From NCBI GenBank assembly GCA_964016885.1, contig OZ024741.1, positions 122,140,001 through 122,204,000 of the forward strand: DNA of 64,000 nt, read 5' to 3'. Below, piece by piece: positions 1-14,560 of this stretch. Made by a program: the position numbers and the translations under genes. Every line of letters starts with the position of its first letter. The stretch's first letter is position 1. The DNA is from Eledone cirrhosa. Lineage: Eukaryota. The notes beneath the pieces were generated by a model. That model was not told the origin of the DNA and did no database searches. It was given only the letters and a program-made list of their open reading frames with translations.

Positions 1-1306
<1,306 letters not shown>

Positions 1307-1460
1307 TATAGACATAGAATATTCGAAAATATTCTGTATGTTTATAATAAACATTTTGAAGACCTAATCGCTATAGAATAGAATACGTCACGTATTACAA
1401 TATTCGAATATTCTATGTCTATATTCACATATATATCGCTATTTCAGAGCATTTATTCCA

Positions 1461-1545
<85 letters not shown>

Positions 1546-1755
1546 TATATATATATATTTGGGGAGGGTCATATTTGCGTAATATTGCCAGAATTAATAA
1601 CAGAACACACTCACTGTTTGGTTGGTTTTCGCTTCTCGCTGTCTTTTATATATATATATCTGCGATCTAACTTACTCGGTCCTCAATGTTGCCATTGACT
1701 GACCGGCGGTCAAAAATAATACAGATACAATATAGACAAACACATATATATATAG

Positions 1756-1801
1756 TTTACATAAATCTTTCGTTGCACATCTGCAACATCGTCAGTGGTG
1801 T
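1756..1801 (-). ncRNA. Minimal hammerhead ribozyme motif (mirror copy of 2455-2500)
   Basis: Reverse complement reads CTGACGA-t-GTTGCA(gatg)TGCAAC-GAAA-GATT-TA. Confidence 0.65.
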
Positions 1802-2454
1802 TATATTCATTGTTCCTCCTGTTGTGTTGTATGTCTACGCCATTTTTTTTGTTCAGTCTGTCTATATATTTATTTATTTATTTGCTTGTTTGTTTATCTT
1901 ATTTTATTTTGTCTTCTTTGCGCATGCGTTTGCGTGTGTGTATAGTGTTATGTGTGATGTGTGACTAGTGTGTATAGTGTTGTCTGCTGGGTGACTAGTG
2001 TGTGTTTATGTGCTTGTGTATGTATTTATTTATCTTATTTTATTTAATTTAATTTACTTATTTATTTATACTTCTCTTAGGTCAGTGTTGTTTGTTTGGG
2101 TGTTGTTGTTGTTCCACTCATTCTTTCAGAAAGAATGAGTGGAACAACAACAACACCCAAACAAACAACACTGACCTAAGAGAAGTATAAATAAATAAGT
2201 AAATTAAATTAAATAAAATAAGATAAATAAATACATACACAAGCACATAAACACACACTAGTCACCCAGCAGACAACACTATACACACTAGTCACACATC
2301 ACACATAACACTATACACACACGCAAACGCATGCGCAAAGAAGACAAAATAAAATAAGATAAACAAACAAGCAAATAAATAAATAAATATATAGACAGAC
2401 TGAACAAAAAAAATGGCGTAGACATACAACACAACAGGAGGAACAATGAATATA

Positions 2455-2500
2455 ACACCACTGACGATGTTGCAGATGTGCAACGAAAGATTTATGTAAA
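2455..2500 (+). ncRNA. Minimal type I hammerhead ribozyme motif in Penelope pseudo-LTR
   Basis: CTGACGA (2461-2467), stem II GTTGCA/TGCAAC, GAAA (2485-2488), near-palindromic stem III, then UA. Stem I is weak (CA/TG). Confidence 0.65.
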
Positions 2501-2767
2501 CTATATATATATGTGTTTGTCTATATTGTATCTGTATTATTTTTGACCGCCGGTCAGTCAATGGCAACATTGAGGACCGAGTAAGTTAGATCGCAGATAT
2601 ATATATATAAAAGACAGCGAGAAGCGAAAACCAACCAAACAGTGAGTGTGTTCTGTTATTAATTCTGGCAATATTACGCAAATATGACCCTCCCCAAATA
2701 TAACAATATCTGTTTCGACACACGATTTCATATAAAAAACCTCGCAAAACTAATTCATCGCCGCCAT

Positions 2768-3484
2768 ATATATATATATATTTATATATGTATATATATG
2801 CATATATATATATGTATATATATGTATATATATATGTATATATATATATATGTATATATATATATGTATATATATGTATATATATATATGTATATATATG
2901 TATATATATGTATGTATATATATGTATATATATATATGTGTATATATATGTATATATATGTATGTATATATATGTATATATATATATGTGTATATATGTA
3001 TATATATGTATATGTGTATATATGTATATGTATATATATATATGTATATATATGTATATGTATATATATGTATATGTATATATATGTATATGTATATATA
3101 TATATGTATATATATGTATATGTATATATATATATGTATATGTATATATATGTATATGTATGTATATGTATGTATATGTATGTATATGTATATATATGTA
3201 TATATATATATGTATATGTATATATATGTATATATATATATGTATATATATATGTATATATATGTATATATATATATGTATATATATATGTATATATATG
3301 TATATATATATATATGTATATATATGTATATATATGTATATATATATGTATATATATGTATATATATGTATATATATATATGTATATATAAGTATATATA
3401 TGTATATATATATATATGTATATATATGTATATTTGTATATATATATATGTATATATATGTATATATATGTATGTATATATATG

Positions 3485-3521
<37 letters not shown>

Positions 3522-3542
3522 GTATATGTATGTATATATATG

Positions 3543-3573
<31 letters not shown>

Positions 3574-3574
3574 G

Positions 3575-3607
<33 letters not shown>

Positions 3608-3632
3608 GTATATATATGTATGTATATATATG

Positions 3633-3665
<33 letters not shown>

Positions 3666-3676
3666 GTATATATATG

Positions 3677-3714
<38 letters not shown>

Positions 3715-3790
3715 TGTATATATATGTATGTATATATATATGTATATATATGTATATATATGTATGTATATATATGTATATATATGTATG

Positions 3791-3821
<31 letters not shown>

Positions 3822-3836
3822 GTATGTATATATGTG

Positions 3837-3872
<36 letters not shown>

Positions 3873-3874
3873 CG

Positions 3875-3912
<38 letters not shown>

Positions 3913-4250
3913 TGTATATATATGTATATATATGTATATATATGTGTATATATATGTATATATATGTATATATATATGTATATATATGTATATATATGTA
4001 TATATATATGTATATATATGTATATATATATGTATATATATGTATATATATATGTATATATATGTATGTATATATATGTATATATATATGTATACATATG
4101 TATATATATATGTATGTATATATATGTATATATATATATGTATATATATGTATATATATGTATGTATATGTATGTATATGTATGTATATATATATGTATA
4201 TATATGTATATATATGTATATATATGTATATATATGTATGTATATGTATG

Positions 4251-4284
<34 letters not shown>

Positions 4285-4360
4285 TGTATATATATGTATA
4301 TATATATATGTATGTATATATATATGTATATATATGTATATATATGTATGTATATATATG

Positions 4361-4411
<51 letters not shown>

Positions 4412-4524
4412 GTATATATATATATGTATATATATATGTATGTATATATATGTATATATATGTATGTATATATATGTATATATATGTATGTATATATATG
4501 TATATATATGTATGTATATATATG

Positions 4525-4575
<51 letters not shown>

Positions 4576-4736
4576 GTATATATATATATGTATATATATG
4601 TATATATATGTATATATATGTATATATATGTATATATATATATGTATATATATGTATATATATATACACATACATATATTTATATATATGTATATATATA
4701 TATATACACATACACATACATATATTTATATATATG

Positions 4737-4772
<36 letters not shown>

Positions 4773-4798
4773 TACACATACATATAATTATATATATG

Positions 4799-4829
<31 letters not shown>

Positions 4830-4862
4830 GCACATACACATACATATATTTATATATATGTG

Positions 4863-4898
<36 letters not shown>

Positions 4899-5029
4899 TG
4901 CACATACATATATTTATATATATGTATATATATATATGTATATATATGTATATATATACACATACACATACATATATTTATATATATGTATATATATATA
5001 TGTATATATATGTGTATATATATATACAT

Positions 5030-5061
<32 letters not shown>
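2768..5061. repeat. Compound (TA)n/(TATG)n microsatellite
   Basis: Directly visible. Confidence 0.98.
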
Positions 5062-5276
5062 GTGAAGGCGTGTGGCTGAGTGGTTAGAGAATTGGATTCA
5101 CAATCGTAAGGTTGTGAGTTCGATTCCTGGACCAGGCGATGCGTTATGTCCTTGAGCAAGACACTTTATTTCACGTTGCTCCTTCTACCTGGAGTTGGGA
5201 CCGATAGATAGTATTAGCAATTGGAAAGACCAACGGAAACATTGTTCCCTCGGTCCGATTTGACGAAAGTCGATCG
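5062..5276 (+). mobile_element. tRNA-derived CORE-like SINE with a family-specific 3' extension
   Basis: A box TGGCTGAGTGG, B box GTTCGATTCC, CORE-like GTCCTTGAGCAAGACACTT. An inverted homolog with the same extension lies at 52717-52931. Confidence 0.8.
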
Positions 5277-5278
5277 TC

Positions 5279-5327
<49 letters not shown>

Positions 5328-5334
5328 TGAATAT

Positions 5335-7497
5335 GGGTACAATTCTGAGAATGGACAACTTTCCAGTCACCGAGAAAATGTCTTCTTTAGCCGTCAGTAG
5401 ATGAAATCATCGCTGCTATGAAGATGTTAAATAACAATAAATCTCCCGCTATCGATCATATCAGTTCAGAAATATTGAAATATTGAAAGAGACAAATGAT
5501 AATCGAAATATTTCACTCATTGATTTTGCATTGGTGGAGAGCGGGTGGCGCACCACAAGCATGGCTTGATGCTACTTCAATATCACTTTTTAAATCTGCT
5601 CCTAAATATTTATGTGGTAACTTTCGTTGCATATCTTTGTGATTTATTGTTGGAAAGGTATTCTCATGTATTCTTTCAGATAGTCATTACATATTCATCG
5701 TCCCAAGAGCTGTGTCAGTATTGTTTTTCCACTCTCTATAGGGACAGTTGACATGATTTTTACCATCCGCCAGCTACAAGAAAAATGCACGGAGTACAAC
5801 ATATTTCACTGCATTGTAGACCTCAGCAAAGCTTTCGACACTGTTATCACGACTGTAATGTGGTTAGTGTTGAAAGAGATTGATGCTATGCAAATATTTT
5901 GAATCTGGTTAAGGCTTTTTAAGGATATGAAGACCCGTATTAATTTTGGTAGTACTCTTTCAGAACCATTCTCTGTGCAAAATGGAATAGGGCAGAGCGC
6001 CTTGAAGTACCAACACTAAGCACCATCTATTTTGCTGCGATAGTGTCAAATGCCTTTGCATCAAGAGACGGAGTCTTTATCCGATATTCGCTCTTCAGGC
6101 AATGTGTATAATTTGACTAGAATGAGATTCAACTCATTGATCCGTGACCTTTTAGATGCAGATGATTAAGTCACACTGAAGAGAGCTTGCAAAGCCTGAT
6201 CAGTGGTTTCGACGCTGCTTGTTATATGTTCTGTCTTGTAATTAATCTGAAAAGGACTGTTGTAATGCATCAATCTTCTCCTGGGGAACAGGCAACTGTA
6301 CCTCGATACCTTTTTAAGGGCACAATGCTAAAGACGGTGTCTTTTTCGAATACTTTGGTAGTATGATACAAGCTGACGGAAAATTGGACGCTGAAATCAT
6401 ATAAAGTATATAAAGGGCAGCAAACGCATTTGGTGGACTAGAAGTTATAGTCTGGTCATAATATCACATTAAATTGAAGACTAAGATTGTTGTATACGTC
6501 TCATTTGTACTCTCTGTACTATTATATTTATCTGAGACACGGGCGTTGTACACACGTTAAAATGTTGGAGAGGTTTCACCAAAAATGCCACCTACATAAA
6601 TTCAAAATAAGCTGAAACACATTCGTTCCATACACTGAGATTCTGGCTAGGACAAAGCTATACCTACTCCAGCCAAGCTTATTAAGAATCAGTTAAGATG
6701 GACAGGTCACATGATTCGAATGGGTGATGTTTTTTGCGAAGACAAGATGGACAAAAGGATAATAGTAAGTCAAGGAGGAGATACAGAGACTCCCTAAAAG
6801 CAAACTATCCTACAAACATCTTGAATCATGTGCAGCAGGTAGAGTGGACTGGAGAAATGCCATTTGGAATGGAGTTAAAGCATTTGAGTTAAAGCATCAG
6901 AACTCGACAGCAACATGTGGAAGAATGAGACCAACAGTAATAATTATTTCTACTTTTGGCTCAAGGCCAGCAAATACCGAGTATATTACTGGTACTTTAT
7001 TTTATCGACCCCGTAAGGATGAAAAGCAAACTTAACCTCGGCGGGATTTGAACTCAGAATGGCAAGGGCCGTAATTATGCTAAAAAGCATGGTGTCCGAC
7101 CCTCTACCGATACTGCCAATCCACCATGATGAATCTTATCAAGTGTTGGTTTTCAAATGCCCCGTGTGCCTTATGGTGTGCTTTTCGAACGCTGGCTTGA
7201 AGTCACACCAACGAGCACATGATGATAAAGTTCAAGTTGATTATTCAAACTTCCTTGCAAAGAATCAGCTCCAGTGCCATGTTTGCAAATCAGGTGGTGG
7301 ATTGAAGCGACATCTGAACATACACAATAAGCAAACCGAAAGTGGAAACAATAACGAAATGACACATCATTATATTATTTGTGGACGGGTCTTTCAGAGG
7401 CTTTCAGGACTCAAAACACATTTGAGATCTCATGCCAGGAAGGAACAGACATAAAGCGGCAATAAGTGGTCAAGCTTTGTATGGAGCGGATATGCCC

Positions 7498-7498
<1 letters not shown>
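5335..7498 (+). mobile_element. Decayed RTE-like LINE (RT relic plus C-terminal C2H2 fingers), interrupted by a SINE
   Basis: Fragmentary motifs DLSKAFDTV, DLLDADD, YFGS, LLYLSET, QLRWTGHMIRM, with many stops and frameshifts. Three C2H2-like fingers at about 7150-7435. Confidence 0.75.
6939..7125 (-). mobile_element. tRNA-derived SINE, family A (GAGTTCAAATCCCGCCGAGGTT...GTCGATAAAATAAAGTACCAG)
   Basis: Near-identical to many other copies in the window; B-box-like GAGTTCAAATCC. Confidence 0.9.
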
Positions 7499-7529
<31 letters not shown>

Positions 7530-7535
7530 CGCACG

Positions 7536-7574
<39 letters not shown>

Positions 7575-7648
7575 GCACGTTTATATATATATATACGCAA
7601 GTATATATATATATATATATATACACACGTATATATATATATATACGC

Positions 7649-7688
<40 letters not shown>

Positions 7689-7864
7689 GTATATATATAT
7701 ATACGCGTATATATATATATATACGCATATATATATATATATACGCATATATATATATATATACACGTATATATATATATATATATATACACGTATATAT
7801 ATATACACACGTATATATATATATATATATACACGTATATATATATATATATATATATATACAC

Positions 7865-7920
<56 letters not shown>

Positions 7921-8963
7921 GCATATATATATATATGCACACACACACACACACGTATATATATAATGATACAAAAAATAACACAGAAGAATATATTGTA
8001 GCATTATGGAAAACACTACATTGCCTAGAAAGTTTGTCATCTTTATTCTTATATATATCTTTGCAGCTGGTTTTACATAACTTTACATTTTAGATCTAAT
8101 AATTCAATCTGAATCAAGTATCTTCCATGTAGTTAATCAGAGGTACTTGTATATTTAGTATTGTTCAATATGTATTCATATTATGATGATTTGAGAAAGC
8201 CGGTACAATGCTACTTAGAAATACATTATTGAAGAAGAAACAAAACGAAACAAAATAGTAGTTTATAATTGACCTTATTTCGAGGTATTTCGAACTCATT
8301 ACCCCTTTCTAAAAATTGTTCTGTATAGAGCACAGCTTGTCACCAACATTATTTCTTTTACTTTGAAAGAAATGGTATTTACTCCGAAATATAAAACATA
8401 AGTCAGAACAGTAAAATATTATTTTGTTTCATTTAACCCTTATTTAATTCTACTCTATGTTCACTCTTGCATTTCTCATTACCAATGCACAGGCTTTCCG
8501 AAAACAAATCCCACCCACACATCTCATAACACTTCATATAAACTACACTGTTTCATTGATATTATAATTTTATTTGATAAGAATCTCGACATAAACATTT
8601 AGAGTAAGATGTTAGCAGTTAAATTATACTTTCACAAAATATTATAAATATTAAGTTTAAGATTTTGACGTTAAACATATTTGTAATTAATCACACGTTT
8701 GAAATAAATTGTCTAAATTGATGAAAATTATGATTGAAAAGATTTATCAATGTTTTATTTGTTTTTATTGTTCTTTAACTATGTTTGTATATATACCTAT
8801 ATGAAAATATAATTGTTATTTTTTACGTATTTTTTCATTTTCAATCGAAATGCTTTTGTTATACAGCATTGAAGTAAAAGTAAAAAAAAAAATCAGCTTG
8901 AACTGCGTGGCTTTTCTTTATTTTGCGTACACACAAAATGATATACACGCGCACACGTGAATT

Positions 8964-9013
<50 letters not shown>

Positions 9014-9105
9014 AAAAGTGACTGTGAAAATGCATAGAAACATATTTAAAGATTATATTTTTTTAATCCGACAGAATGAATAATTTTATAAGTGCTGCAT
9101 TAAAT

Positions 9106-9150
9106 TAATATAACCGGTTTCGGTTGGTATAACAACCTTAACAAATATTA
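9106..9150 (-). ncRNA. Degenerate hammerhead ribozyme relic
   Basis: TAATAT-TTGTTAA-GGTTG(ttatac)CAACC-GAAA-CCGG-TT-ATATTA. All three stems are intact, but the CUGANGA core has three substitutions. Confidence 0.55.
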
Positions 9151-9270
9151 GATGTTAAATATTGAATATTAAAAAGAAAATGTTTTTTCACATTTTCTGT
9201 GAGCAGGTCGAATATATATGAGGTTTCTGGGGGTGAAGGTGGAGGTAGGGTTCAACAGGTCGGATTAAAG

Positions 9271-9458
9271 AATAATTGTTTCTACTTTAGGCACAAGGCC
9301 AGCAATTATCCAGTGCATTACTGGTACTTTATTTTATCGACCCCGTAAGGATGAAAGGCAAAGTCAACCTCGGCGGGATTTGAACTCAGATTGTAAAGGG
9401 ACGTAACTATGCTGTAAAGCATGGCGTCCGACCCTCTACCGATACTGCCAATCCACAA
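9271..9458 (-). mobile_element. SINE family A
   Basis: Full-length copy flanked by AATAAT on both sides (possible target-site duplication). Confidence 0.92.
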
Positions 9459-9853
9459 TAATCTTTAAATATACTTCTGTGCATTTTCACGTTCACTTTC
9501 TAACTATAAACTTTGTTTTGTTTATAACTTTATTCCCTTTTCAACGGCGATCTTGGACGAATTCTATTTGTCTGGTTCGTTAAAATTTATATATATATAT
9601 ACATTATATATATATATATACATTATATATATATATATACATTATATATATATATATACATTATATATATATATATATATTATATATATATATATATATT
9701 ATATATATTGAGTATATGTTGGTTGTATACCAATACCTCAGTATGCAGATTGGAGCACTCGACGAAGTGCGCAGGTTGGTTTGGTTACTCCGGAGTAATC
9801 TAAAATAAAATAAAATAAATAAGTCAAATGTTTAAAATTTGGCTTCGTTTATT

Positions 9854-9908
9854 ACTGCTATATATATTTCGGTGACAGCCATCTTTGGCTGTGACCTCTT
9901 TAGGCAGT
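9854..9908 (-). ncRNA. Hammerhead ribozyme motif, core variant CTAAAGA
   Basis: ACTGC-CTAAAGA-stem II-GAAA-TATATA-TA-GCAGT. Confidence 0.7.
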
Positions 9909-10051
9909 CCAAATTAGTGTGGTAGAGACGAATCATATGATTCCAGTTCCTCAGTGAAACAACAACCCAACCAGGAACTGGACATATCAGAGTATTGACG
10001 AAGTTAAACACCTCAACAAGATGTGTACTCGTCTCTACCATACTAATTCGG

Positions 10052-10106
10052 ACTGCCTGAATAGGTCACAGCCAAAGATGGCTGTCACCGAAATATATAT
10101 AGCAGT
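10052..10106 (+). ncRNA. Hammerhead ribozyme motif, core variant CTGAATA
   Basis: ACTGC-CTGAATA-GGTcACAGCCA(aaga)TGGCTGTcACC-GAAA-TATATA-TA-GCAGT. Confidence 0.7.
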
Positions 10107-10157
10107 AATAAACGAAGCCAAATTTTAAACATTTGACTTATTTATTTTATTTTATAT

Positions 10158-10487
10158 TATATATATATATAATGTATCATATATATAATATAATATATAT
10201 ATATATATATATAATATATCATATATATAATATATATATATATAATATATCGTATATATAATATATCATATATATAATATATATATATATAATATATCAT
10301 ATATTATATATATCATATATCATATATCATATATATATATATATATATATAATATATCATATATATAATATATATATAATATATCATATACATAATATAT
10401 ATATAATATATCATATATATAATATATATATAATATATCATATACATAATATATATATAATATATCATATATATATATATATAATAT

Positions 10488-10528
<41 letters not shown>

Positions 10529-10841
10529 CATAATATATATATATAATATATATATATAATATATATATATAATATATCATATATATAATATATATATATA
10601 TAATATATCATATATATATATATATAGATATATATATATAATATATAGATATATATATATAATATATCATATATATAATATATATATATATATATAATAT
10701 ATCATATATATATATATATATATAATACATAATATATATATATATAATACATAATATATATATATAATACATAATATATATATATATATAATACATAATA
10801 TATATATATATAATACATAATATATATATATATAATATATC

Positions 10842-10872
<31 letters not shown>

Positions 10873-11000
10873 ATATATATATATAATATATATATATATA
10901 TAATATATATATAATATATAATATATATATATTTAATTATAATATATATATATAATATATTATATATATATATATATATATATAATACATAATATATATG

Positions 11001-11031
<31 letters not shown>

Positions 11032-11040
11032 ATACATAAT

Positions 11041-11072
<32 letters not shown>

Positions 11073-11222
11073 ATATATATATATATAATATATAATATAT
11101 ATATATTTAATTATAATATATATATATAATATATTATATATATATATATATATATAATATATAATATATATATATAATATATTATATATATATATATATA
11201 TAATATATAATATATATCTATA

Positions 11223-11254
<32 letters not shown>

Positions 11255-11408
11255 ATACATAATATATATATATATAATATATATATATATAATATATATA
11301 TAATATATCATATATATAATATATATATATATATATATAATATATCATATATATATATATATATAATATATCATATATATAATATATATATATATATATA
11401 TAATATAT

Positions 11409-11439
<31 letters not shown>

Positions 11440-11572
11440 CATAATATATATATATATAATACATAATATATATATATATAATATATCATATATATATATA
11501 TATAATATATATATATATATAATATATATATAATTATAATATATATATATAATATATATATATATATAATAT
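10158..11572. repeat. AT-rich compound microsatellite (TA/TAA/ATC variants)
   Basis: Directly visible. Confidence 0.97.
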
Positions 11573-11715
11573 CATAAACAATAGCTTCAACAAAAATCTA
11601 GAGGTGAAACTTGCAGGACAAGTAAGTGGAATATTTTGATAAAAAGTATATTTCACTCTACAGTTTCAGATAATTTTCGCAAGCTGTATAATACCCCCCC
11701 CCCCCCCCACACACA

Positions 11716-11762
<47 letters not shown>

Positions 11763-11906
11763 GTGAGTGTTTGTATTATATATATATAGTTTGATCTGCA
11801 CGTATCTATTATTAAATAAGGAACACTTTGCACAGAAGAGCCCCAAATTTGCTAAAAGTAGTAATGTGAACATAAATAAACTGTTATGCGTTCGATTTTT
11901 CTTTAG

Positions 11907-12026
11907 AGCATGGCTCTGGCAATCGATACCACGAGTGTACATCTGGTGAACTCTGAAGGAACGAATCATGGGGTGCCAGAAACACTTAGCTACGCAAATA
12001 ATGGCCGCCTTATGACATCAGCTCAG
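11907..12026 (+). CDS. Plakin-like gene, coding exon 1 (probable ATG at 11910): MALAIDTTSVHLVNSEGTNHGVPETLSYANNGRLMTSAQ
   Basis: Acceptor tttttctttag, donor CAG|gtaaga, 120 nt open, phase 0 matches the next exon. No plakin similarity, so less certain than the later exons. Confidence 0.65.
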
Positions 12027-13134
12027 GTAAGAGTGGTACACATGGTCTTCATTTGACCTTGCCCTCAAGAACGCACTCAATCACTAATCTTCTTCTCGAG
12101 CACAAAATAAACTCCTCGCACCAAGAAGACCAATCTCTGCACCCATGTTGTTACTTCCCGTGGCTGTTACTTCCCGCACGGTGTCACTGCTATATACCCT
12201 ATTAACTATAGTTTACTAACTTCCTGGTTTCTTCAGCCTGAACTGTAGTTTCATCTAGTCAAACATGACTTGGACTAACATACTCAAATCTATTGCACAA
12301 CTGAACTGTACTAACATTAATAGTACCTTCTTTTCAGAGTGATTGAATTCTCTATACTGCTTTATTAAACGTACTGGAACTTATAGGTTTCTAATCCACG
12401 AATCATTAATAAACATGCATCATATATTTCTTTAATTATTTCCTTGTTCAATTTTCATAGATTTGCCAATATTTAATTTCAATATTGTAAATCTCCTAGT
12501 ATCAATAATATATTTCTGATTTGCACTGGCTTTAAAAATTTATTTCTATTCTTTAACTATCTTCTCTACTAAATCTTCCTTGTCTTTCTTGGCTATTACT
12601 TTACCGAAATGCAGCTTATGCCTTATTTAAAATTCCTAGTATATTGTTGTAAATGTATTATCCACAGCAACTATTCTAAGCATGCTAAGCATTTTAAAAC
12701 TTCAATTACCCTGGTTAGCTAATTTAAAGGTTTATGCACACGTTGAAGGTATGTAAAATGTTAACCCTTCTGGCATAGCTTGTACTAAGCTATCATTATA
12801 ATTTATTAGTATTATTCGTTAAATATTTGTTAGTAATTTTACACATACCCCTGAACACATAAAAGCACACACACATGTATGACACCTTGAGGATTGCCAA
12901 AATGTGATGCGATATTTCTTCTGAGGTAAAATACTACCGATGTCAACTTTACCTTATACCCTTCTGTGGACGATAAAATATATTCGTCTTCCCTCTCCCA
13001 CTCTCAAATGACTGGCTATATGTATACTTTAGAAACCATATAAATATTAGATTAATTTAATAAATTTCCTGATAAATTAACAGTGGTCCACTGGTACATT
13101 TTAAATACTGGTTTAAAACGAGTATAACAACACG

Positions 13135-13350
13135 GAACATATGGCGTATCGGAAGAGCGTCGGAAAACATATTTTGCAGTATATAGTTAGGGCCCTTTAC
13201 ATTCTGAGTTCAAATCCCATCGAGGTTAGCCTCGTCTTTCATCCTTACAGGGTCGATAAAATAAAATACCAGCAACGCACTAGGCTCGATTTAGTTGACT
13301 TTCCCCCCTTTCCTTCAAAATGGTAGTCTTGTACACAATGTAGAAACGGA
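13135..13350 (+). mobile_element. SINE family A, diverged
   Basis: CTGAGTTCAAATCCC...GGGTCGATAAAATAAAATACCAG. Confidence 0.75.
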
Positions 13351-14294
13351 TATGTCTGGTACATAGTTTGTATCCTTGTATATGCTTTATATTGTGGTGT
13401 AGATGACATTCTAGTACATTCTAGATGACATTCTAGTACATATTTACCAGAACCTGTTTCTTGTTGCTGTATATATTAAATAATGTGTTTACTTTAATGA
13501 AACATTAATGAGAAACGTTGCTTGGTATTCAAGAAATGCAACGAAAAAGAAACAATTAAAAAATACCAGTTGAGCTTGTTTGTTTTCCCGTAGGTTATTT
13601 TTAATTGAAGCTGGTAATTGACGCATATTTAAGCTCTTGCTGTATTTATTATTTTTACTTCTGAATCAGAAGAAAAACGACAATTCTCGAGGCTCTTTTC
13701 GTGGCCTTCGAGATTCTGAGGAAGAACAGAGAGTGGTATTTTCGGAATAGACAGATCTGATCCGAAAATACTTGCAACAGAAATGTCTATTAAAGGCAAT
13801 CAGGAACCAGGTGTATCGAAGCAGGGGTTAGTTCTACTACCCAATAACAGCAACTGACTCTTCGATAGGTTTCCACGTAGTTTTCTTCTACGACACCGTG
13901 CATTATGGTTGACACAAATCAGTTACATAACACTAACCGATATTGCTGCACATGCGCAGTGGGAGTATATCTGAAACTATACATATGCAAAGCGAATTTC
14001 ATGACCACACAACCATCTCAGTATGCATTAGGTTTAAATTTAGAATTTTTCCGAAATTGGGAGATTAATACTATATTAAATGTTTTATTTTCAACCTTCC
14101 GTTTCTGAAGTGAAGCCTCACAGTATTGATTTTGTCTTTCATCCTCTTCATGTTCCTTAAAATGTGTACCATATTACATTATTAGAATCTATTCAATCTG
14201 CTATACTTCGTTTTGTTTTCTTGCTAAGTATGGCCGTTTCCCCTGCTTAAATAGCTATATTATAAGATTTTCATGAGATGCTAATCTGAGCCGT

Positions 14295-14560
14295 TGCTTG
14301 CTATAATTTATACGTTGCGAAGATTGAATGAAGCTCGTCTGGAACCATCATGTATGGAATCACGACATCTTGCCTAAAACTATTCTCAATGGCACAATTA
14401 AAGGAGGACATAAAGGAGGCAGACAAAGGCAATTGGGATCAGAAAACATTAAGGACCAGGGAGGTCACAACACTGACTCATCTCCATATGACAGAGAATA
14501 TGACCAAGTAGCGAATGCAGGCTACTAAAACGTCCAGAGTGACACAACAGCGACTGGCTG
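14295..14560 (+). mobile_element. RTE-like LINE 3' fragment
   Basis: HDILPKTILNGTIKGGHKGGRQR resembles the RTE C-terminal consensus. Confidence 0.6.

Larger units (their letters stand above)
1554..2767. mobile_element. Fold-back palindrome made of the 3' end/pseudo-LTR of the Neptune-type Penelope element at 24391-26787
   Basis: Arms about 1554-2127 and 2129-2702 mirror around A2128 (identical 92-aa ORFs at 1686-1964+ and 2292-2570-). The sequence matches 24391-25040, including the codons for the ORF end (KNEWNNNNTQTNNTDLREV*). The right arm carries about 65 bp of extra tail. Confidence 0.9.
9013..9502. mobile_element. Inverted-repeat element with an internal hammerhead relic; right arm split by a SINE
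   Basis: 9013-9072 is the imperfect reverse complement of 9258-9276 plus 9457-9502. Confidence 0.65.
9801..10157. mobile_element. Fold-back element (about 130-bp arms, 95-bp spacer) with a hammerhead in each arm
   Basis: 9801-9932 is the reverse complement of about 10027-10157 with few mismatches; (TA)n on both sides. Confidence 0.85.

Noticed and set aside
1686-2570. Duplicated 92-aa hydrophobic ORF suggesting a small membrane protein pair
   Set aside because: Antisense reading of the T-rich Penelope 3' UTR, duplicated by the palindrome; the copy at 24.6-24.9 kb has indels that break it.
5062-5140. tRNA gene candidates at SINE heads (also 45065, 47240, 52850)
   Set aside because: A/B boxes are present but there is no complete cloverleaf, and they run into SINE bodies.
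8094-8142. Possible upstream exon (ttttag ... AG|gtactt)
   Set aside because: Weak donor; it would put an in-frame stop ahead of exon 1, so at best it is 5' UTR and cannot be supported without transcripts.
13716-13800. CTGAGGA followed by an 11-bp hairpin and GAAA
   Set aside because: No stem I or stem III pairing consistent with a hammerhead.
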